64,000 bases of DNA, from NCBI RefSeq assembly GCF_052425735.1, contig NC_135768.1, positions 20,274,001-20,338,000 on the forward strand. The letters are read 5' to 3'. The notes beneath the pieces were generated by a model. That model was not told where the DNA came from, made no database searches, and saw nothing but the letters and a program-made list of their open reading frames with translations. The DNA is from Oculina patagonica (Eukaryota). Positions within the stretch are counted from its first letter, which is position 1. Every line of letters starts with the position of its first letter. Shown here in pieces: positions 21,420 through 32,878 of the stretch. Position numbers and translations under genes: made by a program.

Positions 21420-24301
21420 ATGAACAAGACTTCATTGTTAACACTACTTTTAATTGGTTTTCTTTCCGTTTTATCTCTCGCAAAAGGTAAGCAAAGTTTT
21501 GCTCGAAAACCCCTAATCATACTGATTTCCATAGAAGATGTTTTTCAATTAATTGACCTCCATTTTTCCTGTCATATTTAAGTGCATGGCTCTCTAAACA
21601 AAACCATCGCTGAATGCAACCCAGAAAACGATAGCGAGGTCGAATGTGGCTTGCACAAACAGTGCGCAAAGACGATAAACGACAAATACCACTGTGTTTG
21701 TGAGGCAGGATACGCACCAGTTGGACAATTTTGCAAAGGTAACTCAGCAAAATTTAGTTACTAGTAAAACTATTTAGGAAAGCGAGTTGAAAGTACGATA
21801 TATTTATCACACTTATCCCGATTTATTCCGTCTTCAGCCATTTCAGGGTAGAATTAGTTCAGATCAAAGCTCCTTTCACCACATGGATAAGAGAGAGAGG
21901 GAGAGAATTTGGATTAGGGACTAACACATCTAGATACTAACATTTCAAAATGAAGGAAATTAACACGACGTACACAAAGAAAAAAAAACTCTTGTTGGGA
22001 CAACAGGAACAAGTTTGTTTTAACACTAGGCGTATAATCCGAGACGGAAACAATGTTCGTGATTCTAAACCCAAACGTATGGGTTAAGCGAAGGAATCTG
22101 ACCGCTTCGAGCGTCCACCCTGAAGAAATAATACCTTTTCCTAGGAGATAGAACTTTCATGAAGCGTTAATTTCCTATAATGAGGTAACTCTTAAATACA
22201 ATTGCATGTTTTGGACCACAGTCTACAGTTTCAATCTACACATTTTTAAACTTGCAAACAGTTTCAAGCGATTTTTTTTAAAAAATTTCGTTTGGCTAAA
22301 TTAACCAACCAAAAACTCAGCATTTTGCTGTCAGAGCAAAACAAGCTTATTAGTCAAAACATTGGAGCAACGTCGCAATATTTCAAGTTATTTTTCTGAT
22401 TACTTTGAAATTGAAGGGAACTTCAAAATAATAGTTTTGTAATGTAGGAAAACAACAAAGGAGTAATTAAAACCCGAAAATAAAAAAAGGATGGTTTTGA
22501 CAGACGAATATTAAGACGGTTTACAACTGACATACTTGAAAAAACTTGCCAAATTTTTCAAAATGCGTTGTCCGTGACATATCTCTAGCTCCTTTAAGGA
22601 TCTTTTAATGGATTGCTATTTCCAGGAATCTAATAACTGAACAACACCTAAATTTTTGTCGCATATTCTACTTTCGTAAAGTCGCTAGGAACTCAACAAT
22701 AAGTTACTTCTTTATATGCTTGGCTTATTCCGTTTCCATATAGAGCAGTTTTCAATTGAGTGTCGCAAAACCAAAACCAAAGTTATTACTCTAGCCAATT
22801 ACAAAGAACACAGACAATTCAGTTAACCAATCAAAACTCGAAGCAAACGCAAATTACTTTTGACACTCAAGTGAAAACTGCTCTAACCCACAGTTGGTAG
22901 TATTATCAACAAGTGAATGTTTCGTATGTTGGCGTTCGTTTGTTTTGTAGATATAGACGAATGCATGGACCCAAAATCTCGACGTTACTGTAAAAAGAAG
23001 GGGGCCGCTTGTGAAAATACCCGTGGATCGTATGAGTGCAAATGTACTCTAGGATTTCGGATGAATCCTTCTAAGCACGTTTGCGAAGGTAAGAGCACCA
23101 TCAGGATCGAAAGCCCTGGGATAGGGGGGACATGTAAAATCGACGGGGATGAACGTCGGAAAGTTTGAAAGAGACTTTAAGAGGTACCAGTATCGCGTCT
23201 TGTGGCAACCTCGTTCCCAGGGCTTCTCCCAAATTACCAAGGGAAAAGCCCTGGGAACGAGATTGGTCTTGTGGGTTCGGCTTGATTATTCACTCTCACC
23301 CATAAAAAGCACCCATTATTTATGGCAAGTCATTCCTATCATATTTGTCCAGCTTAATTCCTTAAAAAGGTAGATTTCAATGAACCAAGAGGTACCAAAT
23401 ACGCATTTAATCCCTAAAAGATGCAACGATTACATTGAATACCCGTCCCCTGTCCCCTCACCGCGCACCCCTCGAGATCTAGAGTTCCAGGTTCAAGCCT
23501 TGGCTGTGGTCACTGTGTTGTGTCCTTTGACAAGATACTCACTCCACCCAGGACTATAAATTGGTCCATCGACATCGGGGAATTGTTAGGGAAACCTGAC
23601 GAATGCTGGTGGGTGGCCTGCGATACAGTATTGTGTGATCCTATTGTCGGGGAGGGGGGATGTAGCAATACTCCTAGTCCGATCAACTTTTTGCCTCCTC
23701 CGCTGCGATCCTTGGGAGACCCGGGGGCCGGGACTCAGATTCGACCTTAATACATTTGGCTCGTCATGCTCTCCTCCCCAGATTGCGTAACAGTCCAAAA
23801 GAGCGCCGTCTGCGAAGCTAAGATGGCGAGATTTCCCGCGTAAACGTGTTGTGAGTAGACTCGTTCCCGCGCAAACGAGTCGTGAGTAGAATGGGGATTA
23901 CTCAAGTTGAGATTTCTTCTAAAACACTTTCTCCAAAACTTTTAGATTACGATGAATGCGAGGAATTAAAAAAATGCGCCGAGAAAGCTGTATGCCACAA
24001 CACAAGAGGCTCGTTCAGGTGCACGTGCAAAAAAGGATTCGTTGGCGATGGAATGGAATGCGTTGAAGACATAACGGTCAAACAGGAGAAGAACATACAC
24101 CTGATCATAATAGTCGCGGGCGCAGCTGGTGGCGTGCTGTTGATCATTGTCTTGATAGTGTTTTGCTGCTGCGCAAAAAAGCGCAAACAAGGAGAGGATG
24201 GAAAAAAAGTTGAAAAAATGAAGTCTGCTCGTTCGAAATACATAATCGCGCTTGTGCCTTTCTTTGCGCTGAAACGCACTAAAAAAGCTTCCCCTAGCTA
24301 G
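21420..24301 (+). CDS. Type-I membrane protein: signal peptide, EGF, 2x EGF_Ca, TM, CCC and basic tail (paralog A)
   Basis: Exons 21420-21486 (MNKTSLLTLLLIGFLSVLSLAK), 21583-21738 (EGF; AAG acceptor), 22951-23088 (DIDECMDPK..), 23946-24301 (DYDECEELK..TM..FCCCAKKRK); phase-1 junctions throughout. Confidence 0.85.
22741..22886. mobile_element. Copy of abundant TAGAGCAGTTTTCA..TGAAAACTGCTCTA MITE family
   Basis: TIRs visible; related copies at ~28722-29017, ~29735-29995, 51041-51325 and 5641. Confidence 0.7.
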
Positions 24302-26118
24302 ATCTTTCAGACGAATTACGCGTCTCTTGTATAAAATACTAATAATAACGACAATTCCGGGATAAATCACCCCGTGCAGCGATTTTTAATCGGCTTTCAG
24401 TCCAGCAGAATAAAGATTGTTTACACTAGCCATGAATCTGTTATATGAGATTTGGTTCATGGTACAAATAACCTGGTAACCCGTTGTTATTGTTTTATGG
24501 AGATTAAAAATAAAGAGTGAATAAAGTTTTGTTGTTTGTTTGTTGTTTTTGGTGTTAGCGTGCGTTCATCCAACCTTGTTCCCAGGGCCTCACTCCTTTT
24601 CCTCCTTTGAAGGAAAGGGAGAGAGTCTCTGGGAACGAGGTTGGCGTTTATCGTATGGATGCACTTGCCAATGAGAAACGCTATCAATTTCGAGAAGCAT
24701 ATCATATGTTAATAACACGTTTTGGACACTGAAAACACATGTTCAGCGGGTTTGCCAGGCCTGAAGTAGTATGGAAAGTAGTTGACGAAAAACACGCATT
24801 CAATCAATTTGTCCTGGCAGCCAATTTCTAATTGGCTCGTGGTTCTTTATGGCAAATGAATGTCACTTGATTTCATTTACAAAGCGAACCTGTCTAAGAG
24901 AGGATTGGCTTTTCAGGGAATTGGAAATCGATCGTGTTTTGTTTCTCATAGTATAGGAAACGGCTTTGAAAAGCAATAAAACAAAATGAGCGTTCTTACA
25001 ATCGTTGCAGTAACCCACCGTTTCGTCAATTTACAGTAAAAAAGACTACATAAAATTTGCTTCAACAGTTCCGTTTTTTTAGCAATAATTTTTACTACTT
25101 CAATTCAGCTTTTCATGAATAGTCACAACTTGTAAAAATTTGTGTGTAACTTGTCGCGCGCAAAACAAACATTATTGCAAATCACAACACAAAAAATCTC
25201 GAAAGTTTCGTCTGTTTTTGTGTTAAATTCCATTTCAGTTTTTTTACTTTCCTTGTCAAAATCTGGTCTTCAACTTTCTTAAAATCTTTGAAAAAATGTT
25301 TAAATTAAAAGTTACGTACTAAAAGCGCAGTAAATTTATAGATTAGTCAATTATATGGTTTCGTTCTAATAATTGATTAATATTGTGACGTAACACCTTT
25401 CTCAGTTTTGAATTTTTCCACGACGAAGCGGCTTAAAGAGAAATGGAAAAACATTCTCACTTTTCATATCAACTAGGGATAAAAAGAAAGGTACTTTATC
25501 TTGTAAATTATCTTGTTATTTGTTTTACTTTCGCTCGTTGAATGTAGAGAAAAAAACGTCTAAATGCACGCGCAAATGACGAATTTAAACGGTTTACTTC
25601 TCTTTAAAACGCGCGAGGAAAGTCAATTGTTGAAAATACTCTTACAAATGAACGGTAATTTTAGTAAAACGCGAAGATATTGAGGCCAAAATTGTTCAAA
25701 GCGTCAAATAGCTTCTCTAGGAGATATTCTGCTATGAAAATATGCAAATAAACTTCAAGGTTAGTTTTGGAGGAATACATTTTATCGTTTTTAGGGCAGT
25801 AAAGGTTTCTCTTGAAGTGTTGCTTCTGTTTTTGGTGGATTCTATCAAACATACAATTGCAATTGGCTGATATAAATTATATTTTCTTTATTCCTCAAGA
25901 GATTGGTCTTAAATCGAGAGCTTTAGTTGCAATGTTTAGCCACATTCACTAATTTGCACGCAAGTAAACCTTTTTTTTATTTCAAGCATATGGAATTGAA
26001 TATCTCGGAATCTTCATTTGAAGATTTTTTCCTTCAGCTTCAGTACCCAGATATTAGTTTTAACCGTTATTTTTAATCGTTTCTTTTTGTCCCAAACAGA
26101 AGCTTTAAAAATGCAGAT

Positions 26119-29100
26119 ATGAAAAAGACTTCATTGTTTACACTGCTTTTGATTGGTTTCTTTTTCGTTTTGTTTGTCAACAAAGGTAAGTCAATTTTTT
26201 CTCCAAAGTCCATAATTATGCTGATTTCTCATGATTTCTGTAAAAGTGACATATTATTGTTGTTCTCTTTTCTCGTCATATTTGAGCGCTTTTCCGTATC
26301 TAAACTTCCTATAAACTTTATAGAGGGTCTCAATGGGGGGGGGGGGGGGATGCTAGTTGACTGTTACATTTTACCAATTTTGACGGTTGACGGTTTTAAA
26401 ATTTGGGGGTTTTGATGGTTGACGGTTATCAATAGAAAATTTCTTACATGATTTCTAATCAATGTTAAATTTTGTGTTTTTGAATATTTACCTTTGTGTT
26501 CTAGATTTTGTTTTTTGTCTTTCGGTAATAAAACCAAGTGAAATTTTGACATCGAACTCCCAGACTTCTAATCATTATTTTTATCAATGCATGAATTATT
26601 AATTATTTATTTAATGATTAATATTAACATTTTGGCACCGGAAATACTTTCAGATAAAACAATTCTCTGAAAGCCAAAAGTTCATAATGAGTAGCTAAAA
26701 TCATGAGATTTGATAGACCTTGAAACCATTTCGACGGCTAAGCTAGAAAAACTGCCTTTTTGACCGGTTAACGGTAAAAATTATGCATCAGTCAATTGAA
26801 ACCCCGGCCCCCCGACCCCCGGGACTTAGCGGGGATTTAACGCGTCCAAAGCCGGGATTTAACGCACTTTTAACGGCGTGTTTGCCCCGGTGAGCGGTGG
26901 TTTTAACAATGCAAAATGTCATTAGACCGGGGCCATGGAGCGGTGATTTAACAGCACGCGATCACCTGAAGCGGGGACGGCAGCCGGGATTTAACATAAA
27001 GGACTAAATGCTTTTCTCAAAATGTTCTTTCTGAGGAATCCGTTCTAAGAAGTCTCTCGCTTCTTCCTTTATAAAGCCTTTCGCGACGCTGGGTTTGTAT
27101 TTAATGTGTTCGCACGATAAAAATACATTCATTGTACTTGGAATATACCGCCTTTGTACCCCAGGGGGGGTACTCAGGATTTTAAGTGACGGGGATGATC
27201 GAATGGGGGCATAAATCAAGACCCAATAAAATCCCTAGGTCTTCCAACATAACCCAAAAAAATCCCTAGATCAAAAATTAACCCCTCAAAAATCAACAGC
27301 AAAACACGTTTGTTTGTACTTTATTCGCAGAACTACACAGCCAAGGCACTAACACAAATCTTCAGATTGCTTTGAATGCCCAAAAACATCCCTACTCAAA
27401 TAAAAAAAAACACTTGCCAAATTTTCCTACCCAAAAAAATCCCAGATTCGAAAATTTCAAACCCAAAAAAATCCTTCGATCATCCCCGTCACTTGAAACC
27501 CCGAATACCCCCCCTGGGCTTTGTACATTATCGTCTCCAAGAAAGTAGTTTCTGTTTCTGATATTTCAGCCGTGAATTATATTGTAAGGTGAAAGCTGTT
27601 AACCTTTAGAAGAAATTCTTCTATTTGTCTCCTCTTGTGTCCCACATCAGTTAAAAAGACGTCGTCAATAAATCGTTTCCAAAGGATAAGCTTATTGCTA
27701 CTTGTCTTAATAGTATCTCAGTCGTTTTCTATTTTGGCCGTGAAGATGACAGCAGAAACTGCGGCGATTGTCGTGCCCGTGGCTGTTTGACGTGCTTAAA
27801 GCTAAGATAATCTTTTCCATTGAATTGGAACGAGCTTTCTTGAAAGATCACACGGAGCATCTCTCTTAAACACCTGTTAGGTACCGGAGGGTTTCCTTGA
27901 TGAAATTCTTCGTATGCTTCGCATACAGTGTTAATGAGACAAGGAAGCTTTTTTAGGCTGCTTAGACATGGCAGTGTAATCTTCTCAATGAAGTTATTAA
28001 AGTCTGTCGCACGAAGCTTGTCGCTGTGCTATCGGCTGAAGTAGATGGTAAACAAAAGCTGAATTACGTTCTGTAGGGCCATCACACCCCGATATTATTG
28101 GTCTTCCGGCAGGCGTGTTCATAATGGCTAATTTCGGGTTTTAAATTTGACAAATTTGTGTCTGTCACCACGAAAAACAATTTTTTAATAGGTTTTTGGC
28201 GGAAACAAACTACATCTGGTTTCTTTCCGACCTCATAACTTTATATGGACAATAAATGAAAAAAATAGACTTCTGCGCATGCAACGAAATCAAGATTTTT
28301 GTGCGGCTTTTTCCTGAAAGTCGATTCGGATGCCCCCGCTATGCGGGGATTTTAACAGACGTCTAGGCCCCTAGGGCGGGGAAATAAGCCGGGTTTTAAC
28401 ACTTGGTAAATGTTAAATTCCCCGGTAAGTCCCGGGGGTCGGGGGGCCGGGGTTTCAATTGACTGATGCATTACTCTCTTTTGAAGGTTAACGGGTAAAT
28501 TTTCGGCCGTTTGACGGCTGACAGTTTACCCCATTTAGACCTCTTTATAAGCCGACTGATTTCTTGCAGCTAGAAGCAGTGCTGAATGCACGCCAGGAAA
28601 AGATAGCAAGGCCAAATGTGGCTCTTTCAAGCAATGTGTGAAGGTAGATGACGAATATCATTGTGTTTGTAAGCCAGGATATGCACCGGATGGAAAATTT
28701 TGTAAAGGTAAATTAACAAATAAGAGCGGTTTTCACTTGAAGCTACTTGAGTGTCGAAAGTAATTCGCGTTTGCATTGGTTTTGCATTACTACGTTCAGT
28801 CATTGGTTTAAAACTCACGTGCCACTTTCTCAGCAAATCAGAAGTACAACTAAAACCAATCGTGACTCGCTTGCGCACGTTTTCACGCTTTTCGAGCCGG
28901 CTACATGTATTTGCTTCGAGTTTTGATTGGCTTACTGGATTGTCTGTGTTCTTTGTGATTGGCTAGAGTGATTACTTTCGTTTTAGTTTTACGACACTCG
29001 ATTGAAAACTGCTCTAGAATTTTTTTTTACCAGTAGATTGCAAGTTCGATGCTCAGTATTTCTATCACACAAGACCCGTTTTCCCTTTTCCAGCTATTAC

Positions 29101-31337
29101 AGTGATAAATTAGCCCAGATCGAAACTCCTATTAGCTCTTTATAGTCAAAACAGCATAAGGAAGATCGCTACTTACATAATTATTAAAAAGCATTTTAAT
29201 TAAAAATAAAAGTTTTAATGTAGCTTTCATTAAGTCGCTGAGAACATTAATTAAGATACGTAAATCCCATGTTGTGTTCTTGGGCAAGACACCTTACTCT
29301 CATAGTCCCTCTCTTCACCCAGGTGTACAAATGGGTACCAGCGAATTTAATGCTGGGGGGTAACCCTGCGATGGACTAGCATCCCATCCAGGGGGGAGTA
29401 GAAATACTCCTAGTCGCTTAATGCTACGGCGTCAACCGGGATAAGCTCCGGCCTGATGGGCCTCTTGGCTCGAAAGCAGACTTTACCTTTTTTACCTATG
29501 TGAACAAAACGCATTTCAATTCAGTAAAGTTAGAATTAACAAGTAAAATGTCTCTTTCATTTATTCTAGATGTGGACGAATGCAAGGACAAAAAAAATCG
29601 AATGAGGTGTAAAGACATTGGGGCCACTTGTAAAAATACCCGTGGTTCGTATGAGTGCAAATGCCCTAGGGGATTTGAGATGCATCCTTCGAAACAAGTT
29701 TGCGAAGGTACTAAAGAGCACAATTAATGCAGCCAGAGCAGTTTTCGCTTGAGTGCATGTCGAAAGTTATTTACGTTTGCTTTGGTTTTGGAGTACTACG
29801 CTAAGTGATTGGTTTAAAAATCTCGCGCCACTTTCTTATCCAATCAAAACTTAAATCAAAACCAGTCGTCTCTAGCTCGCGCACGTTTTCCCGCGCTTCG
29901 TGCAGGCTACATGTTTTTGCTTTGCGTTTTGATTGGTTCACTGGATTGTCTGTGTTCTTTGTGATTGGCCAGAGTAATTACTTTGCTTTTGGTTCCAAAG
30001 GTGATTATGATTTTTCTTCGGCTTTGCTTTGCATTAAGAGGCTTCTCTGTAAAGACACTAAAGAATAAAAAACATGGAATATATTATTCGAAACAAAAAT
30101 GTTTTGGTGCCGTACTTTTATGGTTGCTAGTACTGGGTCGGATCGGGAGCATAGACCAAAACCAAAGTAATTACTCTCATCCAATGGCCTACTGACATCC
30201 TGTGCAACCCTCTCTAGCTCGTACCAACTCTTCCCCAGGACTTAATCTCTGCTTCTAGCGAACGTCTCCAGGTGTTCCGTGGTCGACCTTTCTTTCGTCT
30301 CCCTTGGCAGGATTTCAGGTCAAAGCTTGCCTCGTGATGGTACAAATTTAGAGTACGGCTTATACCGTTGGGTGTGACCTAGCCATTTGCATATTTTAAC
30401 CTTGACTCCGGATCGCTCCAGCAGTTTTATTCCTCTACTGTAGTTTGCCCGTATGTAACAGTAGTAAAATGACTAAAAAACGACGGCAGGGACAGGACCA
30501 ACACCAGGTGTCATCGTTAAGAAGTGTCCGTTGAAAGAGGGTTGACTGTATCCGGGAATCCGAAGGCATAATTACTGAAACCCATAAGTACTCTCGACCA
30601 TTAACGCTGTGTTTAGGTATTTGAAATCTTAAATTAACGGAATTGAAGGAAACATTATTTCCCAAAAGGAAATAACTCAAGAGGGAGTAACTTCAAAATG
30701 AAGGAAATTAACGCAAGAACACAAAGAAAAACTTTAACCAGGACAAGTTTATTTCAACACTAGACGTATATCCTAACGTAGGGGTTAGCGAAGCCTGACC
30801 GCCCGGCGTTCCACAGTTTCAGTGCACCTTAGATTTCCACCCTGATGAAATTGCCTTTCCTACGAGTCAAGAACGTCAAATTAACGCGAATTTTTGAAAT
30901 TCGCGTTATCTGGAGCGTTAATTTCCTATTATAAGGTAGTTCCCCCCACTTTCAACATTTCCTCTGAAATACTTTTGCCGACAATTTCAGATTATGACGA
31001 ATGTGAAGAATTAACAATATGTCACGAGCAAGCTACTTGTTCCAACACAAAAGGTTCCTACAAATGTCAATGCAAAAAAGGATTCGCTGGCGACGGCGTG
31101 GAGTGTGTCGTAGACGAAGCATACAAACAGCAGAAAAACATACAGCTGATCATAATGATCGGGGGCGCAGCTGGAGGAGGGCTACTGTTAATTATTGCTT
31201 TGATAGCATTTTGCTGCTGCGCAAGAAAGCGAAAGAAAGAAGAAGACGGAGAAAAAGTTGAAAAAATGGAGTCTACTCTCTCTCAATACGGAAATGATTG
31301 GGAAAGCTCTGATTCCGAGGAAGATGAGTCTGACTGA
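26119..31337 (+). CDS. Type-I membrane protein: signal peptide, EGF, 2x EGF_Ca, TM, CCC and acidic tail (paralog B)
   Basis: Exons 26119-26185 (MKKTSLFTLLLIGFFFVLFVNK), 28570-28707 (ARSSAECTPGKDSKAKCGSFKQCVKVDDEYHCVCKPGYAPDGKFCK), 29570-29707 (DVDECKDKK..), 30991-31337 (DYDECEELT..TM..DWESSDSEEDESD*). Same exon and phase layout as paralog A. Confidence 0.87.
27004..28122 (-). pseudogene. Decayed Penelope-like reverse transcriptase fragment
   Basis: Frameshifted remnants GRPIISGCDGPTERNSAFVYHLLQPIAQ, TDFNNFIEKITLP, SFQFNGKDYL, WKRFIDDVF (catalytic motif), HLTI*FTAEISETETTFLET, PSVAKGFIKEEA. Confidence 0.8.
27160..27518. mobile_element. MITE with CCCAGGGGGGG TIRs and 8-bp TSD inserted in the Penelope RT
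   Basis: CTTTGTAC duplicated at 27152-27159 and 27519-27526. Confidence 0.85.
28722..29017. mobile_element. TAGAGC-family MITE
   Basis: AGAGCGGTTTTCA..TGAAAACTGCTCTA; close to the copy at 51041-51325. Confidence 0.7.
29265..29495 (+). mobile_element. 5'-truncated SINE
   Basis: GTTGTGTTCTTGGGCAAGACAC..CCCAGGTGTACAAATGGGTACC..GGACTAGCATCCCATCCAGGGGGGAGTAG with (TTTACC) tail; degenerate relatives at ~23480-23680, ~45650-45800, ~46080-46410 and ~57120-57420. Confidence 0.7.
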
Positions 31338-32511
31338 AACAAGAAAATAAACTGTATTCCAAATTCGGTTGCTATGTCAACCGTTGTGTTAAATGAAGGG
31401 TCTGATTATGTAAGAAAAAAGGCCATAAAAAATTGTCCGTTTATCACTCTTTTGTTCATACTCAACGTTTTGTTTTATACCAAAATATGATTTTCCTATA
31501 CCTCCGTGTTTTTTTTTCGTCAAAAACAGATGGGCACTGTAACCAAGGAAACCGTTCCCGTTTTGTTTTTGTGACCGGAATAAGGAATTGTTTGAATAAA
31601 CGCTATCAGCGCAGAAGGCTGCCCTTGGTGTTATTGGTGTCCTAGTGGTCAGAAAACTCTATTGGGAGCCCCATGGGCTCCTGTCTATTGTTGATATTTT
31701 AGTTTCACTACAAGATCAAACAGACTTTTTACCCCCCCCCCCCCGCACTTCCATTCTTACAGACTATGACTTGAGCGATCCTTTTGCTCTCTCCACAAAG
31801 ACTCCTAAAGATTCTTCGTCCCAGGCGCCGTTGCACTTTAGAAGGAAACGGGGTGTGCGGTGCTTGATGACGGCAAGGTGGTGAAACGCTGACTTTAAGA
31901 GTGTGAGAAGGCCACAATTCCATTTGCACCGCGCTACAAGCAAAGGGGATGAGGCCTGGGGATAAGTAGAGGGGTGGGGTTCGGAGGTGGGGCAAAAACA
32001 GATTTACTGTAATCCACTGCGTGCAAGAAAGAGCGGGTGTTGAAGTCATTGCAAGCGTGCATTGGAACATTCTCGCAGAAACATTTTTAATTTAAATGTT
32101 TCTCGTGATGTTTCTGTGTCTGCCCACGCTCGCGACGTTCGTTGCGCAAGCGAAATTTGCTGCCGAGAGCAAATTAAAACATCACTGTAATTTTCTTCTT
32201 TAGAAACGGTTTGCTTCGCAACGGATGCTTCTCTCTGCTATTGTTGTGTTAATTAGTTTTTCACAATAAGGAAGCGCATATTTTTGTTTCCCGCACATTT
32301 GCTCACTCAAGGAACAATAACACCACCTTTGCCCCTGTTATGTCTAAGTTCGGCGGATTTGCCCCTCAGTGTTTCCTTGAATCGATCCAACTATTGCATC
32401 CTTATGTTTACAAATGTGTGGGACTACTCCTTGTTAGTAGGGATGTTCTTGTACACCAACTGGGGGAGCCATTACATCCACTAGAAATTATCTTGCAGTT
32501 TCTTTCAAATA

Positions 32512-32878
32512 CAGTCGAAGCTCTCGTAAGCGGACACCCTCGGGACGCGAAAAAAGTGTCCGTTACTGGAGCTGGCCACACGAGAATGGTTCTCGTAAGC
32601 GGCCACTAGAGGTGTAGGGGAAGATGGCCGCTAGGGAGCTCCCAGCAAAAGGACGGACGTGGATGAGGACAAAACAAACACTGGAAATAGTACATGTACT
32701 GTAACAATCACTTAAAATCATTGACAGGCAGGAAGGAGAAAAAACAAAATACAGAGGTTTTTAATAGGATTATGTTTGGGGTGTCCGCTTACGGGAGCAA
32801 AAACAAAGAAAAAGTTTAAGTCGTTATCTCTGAAAGTGTCCGCGGCCGCTACGGGAAGTCCGTTGAGAGCTTCGACTG
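32512..32878. mobile_element. Tc1/pogo-type MITE
   Basis: TA|CAGTCGAAGCTCTC..GAGAGCTTCGACTG|TA. Confidence 0.8.

Larger units (their letters stand above)
26784..28470. mobile_element. Non-autonomous DNA transposon with about 55-bp TIRs and TTA TSD (PIF/Harbinger-like)
   Basis: TGCATCAGTCAATTGAAACCCCGGCCCCCCGACCCCCGGGACTTA mirrored at ~28425-28470; TTA at 26781-26783 and 28471-28473. Confidence 0.88.
26323..28544. mobile_element. Outer non-autonomous DNA transposon (GAG terminus, Sola-like) in intron 1 of EGF paralog B
   Basis: GAGGGTCTCAATGGGG..CCCCATTTAGACCTCT imperfect TIRs; TTATA on both flanks; subterminal TTGACGGT repeats. Confidence 0.6.
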
